Assembly (NCBI GenBank): GCA_965221295.1
Contig: OZ244879.1
Coordinates: 705,535-769,534, forward strand
Direction: 5' to 3'
Length of the DNA: 64,000 nucleotides
From: Dehalococcoidia bacterium
GTDB taxonomy: Bacteria; Chloroflexota; Dehalococcoidia; Lucifugimonadales; UBA3495
The translations under genes were made by a program, and so were the position numbers. Shown here in pieces: positions 19,741 through 29,071 of this stretch. How positions within the stretch are numbered: position 1 is the stretch's first letter; each line of letters opens with the position of its first letter. The notes below the pieces were generated by a model that made no database searches, was not told where the DNA came from, and saw only the letters and a list, made by a program, of their open reading frames with translations.

Positions 19741-21117
19741 ATGAGTACTCACCAACACTCGCGCCACCTTCATGCCCATGATGCTCACGGAGACGGAGAT
19801 CACGAGAGCATACATGACCACGGCGGCCACGGCGGTCATTCCCACGGCCACGAAGACATGCTGGAGGTGGAAGACGCTTTCGCGCGAATAATCGCCAACT
19901 TCCAGCCGCTGGATCCGATAGAACTTCCGGTTCTAGAATGCCTCGGGATGGTTCTGGCTGAGGACATCGCTTCGCCTCTGGACCTGCCTCCGCTGGCGAA
20001 CTCGGCCATGGACGGATACGCCGTGCTGCATTCCGACATCGCCGGCGCTGACCATGCTCCCCCGACCCTGGCGGTGATTTCCGCAGTGGCAGCCGGGCAG
20101 GTATCCCACGAAACCGTTGCCGCGGGCAAGGCCATTCGCATCATGACCGGCGCGCCGGTTCCCAACGGCGCCGATACCGTGGTCCCGTTCGAGGAAACCG
20201 ACGAACTTGACCGGCGAGGGCGGGGTGAACCGCTCAATGAGATCGTGATTCGCAAAACGCTGCCCCGCGGCAGCAACGTCCGCCCGGCCGGAGAGGACAT
20301 TGCCGCCGGCGATTTGGCGCTGCCTGCCGGCACGGTGGTGCGAGCCGCCGAAGCCGGCGTCATGGCTTCCCTGGGGTTGGCTACAGCCTGCGTGACCCGC
20401 CGCCCGGTGGTGGCGGTGTTGTCCACCGGAGACGAACTCACGCCAGCCGGCGAATCGCTGAAACCTGGCAACATCTACGACAGCAACAGCAGCGGCGTCG
20501 CCGCCGCCGTGGTCGCGGCCGGCGGCGTTCCACGCATCATCGGGATCGCTCGGGATACGCTGGAAGACCTGCACCGCTGCATCGACGCCGCGGCCGACGC
20601 CGACCTGCTGGTAACCTCCGCCGGAGTATCCAAGGGCGACTACGACATGGTGAAGGATGTGCTCGAACAGAGGGGCCAGATGAACTTCTGGTCGGTGCGG
20701 ATGCGTCCGGCCAAACCCCTGGCCTTTGGGTTGCTGCGCCGTGAGGGTGGCCGGCCGTTGCCTCTGCTGGGGTTGCCGGGAAATCCTGTCAGCGCGTTGC
20801 TGGCTTTTGAAATGTTCGGGCGGCCGGCCATACGGCGAATGCTGGGCAGAAAGAAACTGGGCCGCCCAACCGTTGAAGGCGTGCTCACCGGCCCGATTTT
20901 CAATAGCGACGGCCGCCGGGTTTACGCCAGGGTGGAGGTGGAGCGCCGCGATGGGACCTGGTTTGCCACGCCCACCGGTCCCCAGGGTTCCAACATCCTG
21001 ACATCGCTTTCGCGCGCCAACGGCCTGGCCATCTGCCCGGCGGACCTGCCGCGCAAAGCGGCCGGGCAGGCCGTCAAAATCATCATGCTGGACTGGAACG
21101 AAGAGGTTGCCGAATGA
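19741..21117 (+). CDS. moeA: Molybdopterin molybdenumtransferase with His-rich N-terminal extension
   Basis: NSAMDGYA, IMTGAPVP.GAD, STGDEL, GLPGNPVS. Confidence 0.92.
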   Translation: MSTHQHSRHLHAHDAHGDGDHESIHDHGGHGGHSHGHEDMLEVEDAFARIIANFQPLDPIELPVLECLGMVLAEDIASPLDLPPLANSAMDGYAVLHSDIAGADHAPPTLAVISAVAAGQVSHETVAAGKAIRIMTGAPVPNGADTVVPFEETDELDRRGRGEPLNEIVIRKTLPRGSNVRPAGEDIAAGDLALPAGTVVRAAEAGVMASLGLATACVTRRPVVAVLSTGDELTPAGESLKPGNIYDSNSSGVAAAVVAAGGVPRIIGIARDTLEDLHRCIDAAADADLLVTSAGVSKGDYDMVKDVLEQRGQMNFWSVRMRPAKPLAFGLLRREGGRPLPLLGLPGNPVSALLAFEMFGRPAIRRMLGRKKLGRPTVEGVLTGPIFNSDGRRVYARVEVERRDGTWFATPTGPQGSNILTSLSRANGLAICPADLPRKAAGQAVKIIMLDWNEEVAE

Positions 21118-21731
21118 GCACAATTTCCGTCAATCCCCGTTTGGAAGGACTGGAATATCGCTTCAGCGTGGAACGCTTGGTCGAGCTGAACCGATCGCCC
21201 GTGTCGCTGCTGCTGGCTCGGCTCAATCGAACGTGCCCCTCCTACGGGAAGGGCGCGGCGGAGGTTGACGACCCAGCCCGCCTGATCGAGGAAATTCGCG
21301 CCAATTGCGCCGACGACGCTGATTACATCCTGCAAGCCATGCCCCTCCAGGAGATCGTATTTCGCACCCTACTGCTGGCCGAAGACCACACCCTGACGCT
21401 GCAGGAGTTGCATCACGAGTTGACCGAGCGCTGGTCCTCTCCGATCCGACCCATCACGGTAACCGTCGCCGGCCTGGCCCGAATACTGGACAACGACGTG
21501 TTCTACGGCTTTGAACTCCTGACGCCGCCGGAACCGGAAGTCGTGGAGCCCGATCTGCCCATGCTGACGCCCGCCGAGGACGTTGAAGGCAGTTTGATGC
21601 TCGAAATCATGGCCGCCATCCAGGAAGACGACGAGGATGACTACCCATTGGACGACGAGGACGAAGACGAGGAAGACGACCCATACGAAGAGGATGACCA
21701 GGACGAGGACGAGGGGGCGGACGACGATTAG
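21114..21731 (+). CDS. Hypothetical protein, possible winged-helix domain plus very acidic tail
   Basis: ATGA overlap with moeA; 205 aa; C-terminal ~35 residues mostly D/E. Confidence 0.75.
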   Translation: MSTISVNPRLEGLEYRFSVERLVELNRSPVSLLLARLNRTCPSYGKGAAEVDDPARLIEEIRANCADDADYILQAMPLQEIVFRTLLLAEDHTLTLQELHHELTERWSSPIRPITVTVAGLARILDNDVFYGFELLTPPEPEVVEPDLPMLTPAEDVEGSLMLEIMAAIQEDDEDDYPLDDEDEDEEDDPYEEDDQDEDEGADDD

Positions 21732-21828
21732 CCGGATAATGATTGGCCGGATGATGATTAGCCAGGCAACGTTGCGGCTATGGCCAAAAGGGCGAATACC
21801 TAATATCGCGCAGGTTGGTGGGTAATCG

Positions 21829-21857
21829 TTGACTGAGTATTGAGCCACCGCTAAAAT
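21829..21857 (+). promoter_or_regulatory. Sigma70-type promoter of infC-rpmI-rplT
   Basis: TTGACT, 17 bp, TAAAAT. Confidence 0.7.
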
Positions 21858-21930
21858 AGGCTCATCAAACGAGGGTTGCCCCGGTTCGCCGGGCAGCGGC
21901 CCGAAACGACCTACACAGGGAGGTGGCGCC

Positions 21931-22494
21931 ATAGCCAGGCAGTACAGGGTCAACGAACAGATACGCGTACCACAGGTGAGAGTGATTGGAGAAGACGGCG
22001 AGCAGCTTGGGGTGATGACAGTGTCCGACGCGCTCTCCCGGGCGCGTATGCAGGAACTTGACTTGGTGGAGGTGGCGCCAAACGCTGACCCTCCCGTTGC
22101 CCGCCTCCTCGATTACGGCAAGCTACGGTACCTTTCTTCCAAGAAGGAACGCGAGACCCGAAAATCCCAGAAGAGCAACGAACTGAAGGAAGTGCGTTTC
22201 CGACCCAACATCGGAACCCACGACTTCGACGCCAAGATGCGCAAGGTAAAACAATTCATCGGCAACGGAGACAAGGTCAAGCTGACGGTGCGGTTCCGAG
22301 GCCGCGAAGCGGTTCATCAGGAAAACGGCCTCTCCTTGTTGAAGAAAGTGGCCGAAGAGATGAAAGACGACATTCGCCTGGAACAGCAACCGTCTATGGA
22401 GGGCCGGGCAATGTCCATGGTGCTCATCCCAAGCCCGGCCACGACCACCCGCCAGGAACGCAACGAAACCAGGGAACCCGCCACCGCGGAATAG
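21931..22494 (+). CDS. infC: Translation initiation factor IF-3 (non-canonical ATA start)
   Basis: GGAGGT RBS then ATA-ARQYRVNEQIRVPQVRVIG; DLVEVAP, GDKVK..VRFRGRE. Confidence 0.93.
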   Translation: MARQYRVNEQIRVPQVRVIGEDGEQLGVMTVSDALSRARMQELDLVEVAPNADPPVARLLDYGKLRYLSSKKERETRKSQKSNELKEVRFRPNIGTHDFDAKMRKVKQFIGNGDKVKLTVRFRGREAVHQENGLSLLKKVAEEMKDDIRLEQQPSMEGRAMSMVLIPSPATTTRQERNETREPATAE

Positions 22495-22500
22495 AAGAAC

Positions 22501-22701
22501 ATGCCCAAACTCAAAACGCATAAAGGCGCCAAAGCGCGCATTCACGTAACCGGATCAGGCAAGCTCATGCGCCGCAAGCGCATGAGTAGCCATCTGCGGC
22601 GCAAGAAGCCAAAGAAGGTTACCCGCAAATACGCCCAGAAGATGCCTTTCGACCAGGCGGACGTCAAGCGCCTGAGCCGTTTGGTGCCCTACGACGTCTA
22701 A
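22501..22701 (+). CDS. rpmI: 50S ribosomal protein L35
   Basis: [13 protein letters not shown]...TGSGK; conserved infC-rpmI-rplT order. Confidence 0.95.
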   Translation: MPKLKTHKGAKARIHVTGSGKLMRRKRMSSHLRRKKPKKVTRKYAQKMPFDQADVKRLSRLVPYDV

Positions 22702-22721
22702 ACACCGGAGATCGCTACACC

Positions 22722-23081
22722 GTGCCAAGAGTCAAGAGGGGCGTGACCAAGCACGCCCGCCACAAGAAGGTAATGAAAGCCGCCAAGGGATACCGGGCGT
22801 CTTCAAGTCGAAACTACAAGTGGGCCAAAGAAGCGGTGATGCACGCGTGGAGCCACGCGTATCGCCACCGCCGCCAACGCAAGGGCGACTTCCGCCGGCT
22901 GTGGATCATCCGCATTGGCGCCGCCTGCCGGCAGCATGGCATGACCTACAGCCAGTTCATGCACGGCCTGAACGTAGCCGGCATCGAAATCGACCGCAAG
23001 ATGCTGGCAGACCTGGCAGTCCGCGACCCGGATGCCTTCCAGCGCCTGGTGGAGGTGGCCGCCGGAGCTGCCGCTACCTAA
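22722..23081 (+). CDS. rplT: 50S ribosomal protein L20
   Basis: MPRVKRGV...[12 protein letters not shown]...[10 protein letters not shown]. Confidence 0.96.
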   Translation: MPRVKRGVTKHARHKKVMKAAKGYRASSSRNYKWAKEAVMHAWSHAYRHRRQRKGDFRRLWIIRIGAACRQHGMTYSQFMHGLNVAGIEIDRKMLADLAVRDPDAFQRLVEVAAGAAAT

Positions 23082-23111
23082 CCGCCAGCTGCTACCGCAA
23101 GTCGTAGAACC

Positions 23112-23142
23112 GGGGGCGCATGACAATGCGCCCCCTTCCTTC
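23112..23142 (+). terminator. Probable intrinsic terminator after rplT
   Basis: GGGGGCGCAT-gaca-ATGCGCCCCC 10-bp stem followed by a pyrimidine run (ttccttc). Confidence 0.6.
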
Positions 23143-23610
23143 ACTATCAATTTGCCGTCCCGATTTGAAGTCGTCAATACTCTGGAATGACTCCATTTGC
23201 CAAGTTGGTAGATAACGTCCCAAAACACGTCCCTAGCGTCCATCATTCCGGGGAACGATAGCAACGTTCCAAACCTGGCGTGAGCGATTGGCTGCCGGGC
23301 TGCTGGGGCGCATGATCGTTGGTTGCGATCAACAGGCTCGCGGCGCCGCGCTCGCAATGACGGCGACAATCTCCCTTCGCGGTGGCAGCGAGGGAAACAC
23401 TCTTCGGGATTGCAGATCGGGGAAGCTGGCGACGGCGGGCGCGGGCGTCTCTCGGCGCGTGGGCGGCTGGCCGTCGCGGCCGGGGATGATTCAATCGCGC
23501 AGCGCAACCGGCAAACTGGGTACGCTCCGGCGTCGGGAGCGCGCTCCGCCCATCCGCCGTTTGTGGCATAATACGCCAACCCATTACACCCCAACGGAGG
23601 TACGCACCGC

Positions 23611-24792
23611 ATGGTTGACCTCAGGCGCGCCGCCGCCATCGTGGGCATCCACGAGCACGTCACCCGCTACTCGCCCGACAAAAGCGAACTCCAAATCCAG
23701 GGCGAAAGCGTCATCAAGGCTCTGGCTGACGCTGGACTCACCAAGAACGATGTGGACGGTCTGTTCACCGCGTCCAGCAGCGTCCGCAACAGCGGCATGA
23801 ACCTGGCCGACTACCTCAACATATACCCCAGCTACGTGGACAACACCACCGTCGGCGGCGGCTCTTTCGAGTTTCACCTCTCCCACGCGCTGACCGCCAT
23901 CGCCGCTGGCCGCATCAACGTAGCAGTCATCACCTACAGCAGCTTGGCCCGTTCCGGCGGCGTCTCGGTGGGCACCGGCGGCGTCGGACGCTTCGGCCAC
24001 CCCGTCCTGGACCCGTCTCCCGACAGCTTCGAGGAGCTCTACGGCCTCACCACCGTGGGCCTCTACGCCATGATCGCCCGGCGCCACATGCACTTGTACG
24101 GCACCACCGCTGACCAGCTGGCCGAGGTATCCGTGGCCATGCGACACCACGCCTCCATGAACCCCGAGGCGCTCTTCCGGGACCCCATCACCGTTGAGGA
24201 TGTGGTGAACTCCCGCGTGATCTCCGACCCGCTGCACCTCATGGATTGCTGCATCATCACCGACGGCGGCGGCGCGGTGGTGGTCGCCTCCCCCGAGGTC
24301 GCCCGCAACTGCCGCCACACACCGGTGTGGGTACTGGGCGCCGGCGAGGCCATCGCCCATCAGGGAGCCGGCAAGCGCGACCTCATCTACATCGCCGCGC
24401 ACCAGAGCGCGCCTCGCGCCTTTGAGATGGCCGGCGTAACCCATGACGACATCGACATGGCCATGGTGTATGACTCCTTCACCATCACCGTGGTGGAAAC
24501 CCTGGAGGACCTGGGTTTCTGCAAGAAAGGCGAGGGCGGAGAGTTCGTCAGTGGGGGCCGCCTCAAGGTGGGCGGCGCGTTGCCCATCAACACCGACGGC
24601 GGCGGCCTGTCATCCAACCATCCGGGGATGCGCGGCATCTTCCTGCTGCTCGAGGCCACTCGCCAACTCCGCCACCAGTTCGACGGCTCCGGCCGTCAGG
24701 TCCCCGACTGCAAGATCGCCCTGGCCCACGGCACCGGCGGCGCGCTGGGTTCCCGCCATTCCGGCGGCACCGTCATACTCGCGAGGGATTAG
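23611..24792 (+). CDS. Thiolase-superfamily protein (SCP2-type/Ltp2-like)
   Basis: DCCIITDGGGA, VYDSFT, INTDGGGLSSNHPG; adjacent DUF35 gene. Confidence 0.85.
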   Translation: MVDLRRAAAIVGIHEHVTRYSPDKSELQIQGESVIKALADAGLTKNDVDGLFTASSSVRNSGMNLADYLNIYPSYVDNTTVGGGSFEFHLSHALTAIAAGRINVAVITYSSLARSGGVSVGTGGVGRFGHPVLDPSPDSFEELYGLTTVGLYAMIARRHMHLYGTTADQLAEVSVAMRHHASMNPEALFRDPITVEDVVNSRVISDPLHLMDCCIITDGGGAVVVASPEVARNCRHTPVWVLGAGEAIAHQGAGKRDLIYIAAHQSAPRAFEMAGVTHDDIDMAMVYDSFTITVVETLEDLGFCKKGEGGEFVSGGRLKVGGALPINTDGGGLSSNHPGMRGIFLLLEATRQLRHQFDGSGRQVPDCKIALAHGTGGALGSRHSGGTVILARD

Positions 24793-24794
24793 AT

Positions 24795-25208
24795 ATGACC
24801 ACCACCTGGAACAAACCCCTGCCGTCCATCGTGGGCGAGACCAAGCCCTTCTGGGATTCCTGCCGCCGTGGTCAGCTCGTCATCCAGCGCTGCGACGACT
24901 GCGGAGAGTACCAATGGTACCCGCGGGGCATCTGCGCCAATTGCTGGAGCGAAAACATCCGGTGGGTCCAATCCTCGGGCCGGGGAACCGTTTGGACGTA
25001 CACCGTTACCCAGCAGAACCGCACCACGGGCTTCGCCGAAATGGTTCCCTACGTCCTGGCGCTGGTCGAACTGGAGGAGGGCGTGCGCATGTTCACCAAC
25101 ATCGTGGAATGCAACCCTAGGGACGTTCACATCGGCATGGCCGTGGAAGTGACCTTCCAGACCGCCACGCCCCAAATCACGATTCCCTACTTCAAGCCAG
25201 CCTCCTGA
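24795..25208 (+). CDS. DUF35 Zn-ribbon/OB-fold protein
   Basis: PFW...QRCDDCG..YPRGICANC...SSGRGTVWTYT...PYVLALVELEEG. Confidence 0.88.
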   Translation: MTTTWNKPLPSIVGETKPFWDSCRRGQLVIQRCDDCGEYQWYPRGICANCWSENIRWVQSSGRGTVWTYTVTQQNRTTGFAEMVPYVLALVELEEGVRMFTNIVECNPRDVHIGMAVEVTFQTATPQITIPYFKPAS

Positions 25209-25311
25209 CCATTCCCGACGGCCCCATCGATACGCGGGCTTCCCTCCTTGTCGTGACGAGACGCGGCAACCACGCAGCGCCGCCAGCGGCCGTTCGGCGC
25301 TGGGCGCAGTG

Positions 25312-25815
25312 GCCGTTGGGTGCGGTCAACGAGATTGCCGCGCTTCGCTCGCAATGACGTGGGGAAAAGGGCTCGCAAAGACAACAACTGTCATTGCGAG
25401 GACTGATAGCGACGCGGCAATCCCGATGCCTGGACGAACGACCGCCGGGGCGGGAGGGCAGAGCGCCGTTGGGTGCGGGCAACGAGATTGCCGCGCTTCG
25501 CTTGCAATGACGTGGGGATAAGGGTTCGCAAAGACAACAACTGTCATTGCGAGGAGCGATAGCGACGCGGCAATCCCGATGCCTGGACGTACGACCGCCG
25601 GGGCGGGAGGGCAAAGCGCCGTTGGGTGCGGGCAACGAGATTGCCGCGCTTCGCTCGCAATGACGTGGGGATAAGGGCTCGCAAAGACAACAACTGTCAT
25701 TGCGAGGAGCGATAGCGACGCGGCAATCCCGATGCCTGGACGGACGACCGCCGGGTCGGGAGGGCAGAGCGCCGTTGGGCGCGGTCAACGAGATTGCCGC
25801 GCTCCGCTCGCAATG
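25312..25815. repeat. Palindromic REP-like array A (153-bp unit, about 3.3 copies)
   Basis: GAGATTGCC recurs at 25331, 25484, 25637, 25790; arms GTCATTGCGAG..GCAATC and GAGATTGCC..CTCGCAATGAC. Confidence 0.9.
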
Positions 25816-25883
25816 GCAGTGTGAGGTGGCTGTTGCTGTTGGGGGTCGAGGCGGGCCGTTGCAGGTGGGGCGGGTCGTATCGA

Positions 25884-26246
25884 CTACTGCCATGCCCGCA
25901 GGCGGATCTCTTCGCTGGTGTCCATGTCCCTTTGCGCTTCTTCCGGCTGGTCGTTGAACAGGTACGACAGCGAGCGGCGAGAATAATAGTTGTCGTCCAC
26001 CGGATCCAGACGGATCGCCTCCGTCAGGTCGGCGATCGACTGCGGATAATCGCCAACCTCGTACCATGAAATCCCTCGGTTGAACCAGGCGTCGGCGCAG
26101 GCGGCGTCCAGCTCGATGGCCATGGTGTAGTCGGCAATGGCCCGGTCGTACACTCCGTTGCGGCTGTACCGGTTGCCGCGCTCTACGTACTCCTCGGCCG
26201 TGGCAGGCTCCGGCGGTTGAGCGAATTGCGGTCGCGACGTGGTCAT
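25884..26246 (-). CDS. Small TPR-repeat protein
   Basis: YVERGNRY...YDRAIADYTMAIELD...AWFNRG...SIADLTEAIRLDP. Confidence 0.82.
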   Translation of the reverse strand: MTTSRPQFAQPPEPATAEEYVERGNRYSRNGVYDRAIADYTMAIELDAACADAWFNRGISWYEVGDYPQSIADLTEAIRLDPVDDNYYSRRSLSYLFNDQPEEAQRDMDTSEEIRLRAWQ

Positions 26247-26319
26247 CGAAGGCCGAAACGATCTGACATAATGCAACGCAAAAGCGGGAGCTTGATCACT
26301 TGGCTACATCGCCGATTGG

Positions 26320-27111
26320 CTACATCACCGAGCGAACCAGGCCGCCGTCCACCAACATCGTGGTTCCCGTGATGTAGCTGGAGCGGGACGACGCCAGGAA
26401 GGCCACCAGGTACGCCAGTTCGCGGGGTTCGCCGATGCGCTTCAGCGCGGTCTGTTCGGCCCGCTGCGCCAGAGCGTCCTCGATGGGGATGCCCTGCGTC
26501 CGCGCCCGATCCTCCACGTTCTCCATCATCCGTTCCGACATGATGCTGCCGGGGCATACGTTGTTGATCAGGATATTCTCGTGGCCCACGTCATCGGCCA
26601 GGTTCTTCATAAAGCCGACCACGCCCATGCGGGTCGCCGCCGACAACGCCAGGTTGGGTATGGGCGTGTACACCGTGCTGGCCAGGATGTTGATGATGCG
26701 ACCGCCGCCCTGCGCTCGCAGGTGGGGCAGGGCCTCTCTGGTCATGCGGGCGAAGAAGAAGAGAGAGCGATCCGCGGAAACCTGCCACAGTTCTTCCGTG
26801 GCGTCCTGGGCGTACGCTTGAGGCGGGCCGCCGGAGTTGTTCACCATGATGTCCAGCTGACCAAAATGCGACACCGTGCTGGCCACCAGATCCGCGATGG
26901 TTTCTTCCCGGTCCAAGTCGCCGGCGAAGGTGTAGATTTCCGCGCCGGTCGCCGCTCGAATCTCGTCGGCGGCGCGTTCCAGGGCCGACGCAGTGCGGGC
27001 GCACATGGCCACCCGGGCCCCTTCCTGGGCCAGCGCCTCCGAGCACGCACGCCCGAGCCCCTTGCTGGCGCCTCCCACGATTGCGACTTTACCGTTCAGT
27101 TCCAGGTCCAT
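26320..27111 (-). CDS. SDR family oxidoreductase
   Basis: GGASKGLG, LDIMVNNSGGP, NNVCPG, SYITG.. VDGG. Confidence 0.9.
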   Translation of the reverse strand: MDLELNGKVAIVGGASKGLGRACSEALAQEGARVAMCARTASALERAADEIRAATGAEIYTFAGDLDREETIADLVASTVSHFGQLDIMVNNSGGPPQAYAQDATEELWQVSADRSLFFFARMTREALPHLRAQGGGRIINILASTVYTPIPNLALSAATRMGVVGFMKNLADDVGHENILINNVCPGSIMSERMMENVEDRARTQGIPIEDALAQRAEQTALKRIGEPRELAYLVAFLASSRSSYITGTTMLVDGGLVRSVM

Positions 27112-27226
27112 TGCCCGCCTCCAAATGTGCTGACGCCGATTATATCAGCCATCGACCGGCGGCGGTTGCCAACGCTGCGTTTCGACCAATAACCGTTGCC
27201 CAGTTAGTTTTTGGCAACAGCCACGC

Positions 27227-27270
27227 CGGGATACGCTCGCTCACCCGCCGCGGTGAGCGAGCGTATCCCG
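27227..27270. repeat. Perfect 19-bp inverted repeat with 6-nt loop
   Basis: CGGGATACGCTCGCTCACC-cgccgc-GGTGAGCGAGCGTATCCCG. Confidence 0.85.
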
Positions 27271-27355
27271 TTTGTCACCGTGAGTAACGGTATCCATTGA
27301 TCGACAGACCCACCAGCGCCATTGCGTCGGCGAACGGTTGCCGAACGGTGGGCCC

Positions 27356-28185
27356 TGCGGCCGTTGGTTGTGGTCAACGAGATTGCCGCGCTACGCTCGC
27401 AATGACAGGGGAAAAAGGCCCGCAACGGCAGGGGAGTAAGATGGCGACGGCAGGTGGCGAATCAGCCCGCAACGGTGAAGGGTGACTGGACCGCGGTGCA
27501 TGGCAACTGTCATTGCGAGGCCGAAGGCCGTGGCAATCCCGTCGCCTGGGCGAACGGCCGTCAGCGGTTGGGGCTCTGCGGCCGTTGGTTGTGGTCAACG
27601 AGATTGCCGCGCTACGCTCGCAATGACAGGTGAAAAAGGCCCGCAACGGCGGGGGAGTAAGACGGCGACGGCAGGTGGTGAATCAGCCCGCAACGTTGAA
27701 GGGTGACTGGACTGAGGTGCATAGCAACTGTCATTGCGAGGCCGAAGGCCGTGGCAATCCCGTCGCCTGGGCGAACGGCCGTCGGCGGCCAGAGCCCTGC
27801 GGCCGTTGGTTGTGGTCAACGAGATTGCCGCGCTTCGCTCGCAATGACAGGTGGAAGGCGCTCGCATTGACAGGGAAACAGGCCCGCAACTGCGGGGGAG
27901 TAAGATGGCGACGGCAGGTGGTGAATCAGCCCGCAACGTTGAAGGGTGATTGGACCGCGGTGCATGGCAACTGTCATTGCGAGGCCGAAGGCCGTGGCAA
28001 TCCCGTCGCCTGGGCGAACGGCCGTCAGCGGCCAGAGCCCTGCGGCCGTTGGTTGTGGTCAACGAGATTGCCGCGCTTCGCTCGCAATGACAGGTGAAAG
28101 GCGCTCGCAATGACAGAGAAAAGGAGCTCGCAATGACAGGTGAGAGGCGTTCGCAATGGCAGGTCCAATGAGCGCTCGCAATGGC
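27356..28185. repeat. Palindromic REP-like array B (about 221-bp unit x3 plus short CTCGCAATG repeats)
   Basis: GAGATTGCC at 27379, 27600, 27821, 28064. Confidence 0.9.
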
Positions 28186-28230
28186 AGCAAGGGAGGCGCT
28201 CATGTTGACTACGTGGCCGCCGCGCATGGC

Positions 28231-29028
28231 TCACGCCGATTGGTTCATCTCGTGCGGCTGGGCGTATCGTGCCATGAAGGTTCGGATGGCGTTGAAGTAC
28301 TCCCGGAAGCCCACGTACATTAGGTCGTTGTGCCCGGCGCCTGGAATGATTTCCAAATGCTTGCGCGTGGTTTTCAGCCTGTTGAACATGTCCACGGCTT
28401 CGGCCAGAGGCGCCGATTCATCCCATTGCCCGTGAATGACCAATGTCGGGATGTTGATGGAATAGAACCTGGCTTGATAGTCGTCCTCCAGCGTCTGCGC
28501 CACTTCCGGCGCCAGTCCCTGAGAGATCCGCCCCAGGTTGGCTCGCCCGCTCTCGATGATGACGCCGTTGATCCGGTCAGCCGCAGTTACGGCCAATTCC
28601 CCGGCGGCGTGGCGTCCCATGGAACGGCCCATGACGTACAGTGGGCCGGTGAACCGAAGGTCTCGCATCGTTCCTTGCAACCATTCCAGCGTTTCGCGGG
28701 CGTCGGAGAGCAGGGCGCTGAAACTCGGCGAACCGCTGGAAGCGCCGTGGCCCCGGTAATCGGCGATGAAGAAATTTGCGCCGATGGCGTTGTAGTGCGG
28801 CGCGATGTCGTCGTAGCGGGCCACCGTCTCACCACCGCCGTAGAAGAACAGCACGGTGGGATTGCTGCGCCCTACGGCGAAGAACCGGCACGACAGGATG
28901 GCTCCATCGGAGACGGTCACGCCATAGTCCACCGCTCCGTCGGGCGTGTCAGACCAACCCCGCGACGGATGAAAAGCCCGCGCCGAGGCCTCAGGGTCGT
29001 CCAGGGCGGAATAGTCAACGGCGTCCAT
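28231..29028 (-). CDS. Alpha/beta hydrolase
   Basis: ADYRGHG.S, GRSMG nucleophile elbow, VIHGQWD, GAGHND. Confidence 0.88.
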   Translation of the reverse strand: MDAVDYSALDDPEASARAFHPSRGWSDTPDGAVDYGVTVSDGAILSCRFFAVGRSNPTVLFFYGGGETVARYDDIAPHYNAIGANFFIADYRGHGASSGSPSFSALLSDARETLEWLQGTMRDLRFTGPLYVMGRSMGRHAAGELAVTAADRINGVIIESGRANLGRISQGLAPEVAQTLEDDYQARFYSINIPTLVIHGQWDESAPLAEAVDMFNRLKTTRKHLEIIPGAGHNDLMYVGFREYFNAIRTFMARYAQPHEMNQSA

Positions 29029-29071
29029 GGCGTCCTCCCGTTGGCGGCGGGCCTCTCCTCAGCCAGAGTTG

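Noticed and set aside
23140-23600. Possible gene remnant or ncRNA between rplT and the thiolase-like gene
   Set aside because: No recognisable motif; only a lone REP arm and a short AT-richer stretch
25192-28234. ORFs with repeated CHCERSAAIS / VIARPKAVAI peptides (also near 32175, 38286, 46542, 49059)
   Set aside because: Translations of the palindromic repeats, open in several frames on both strands, with no RBS
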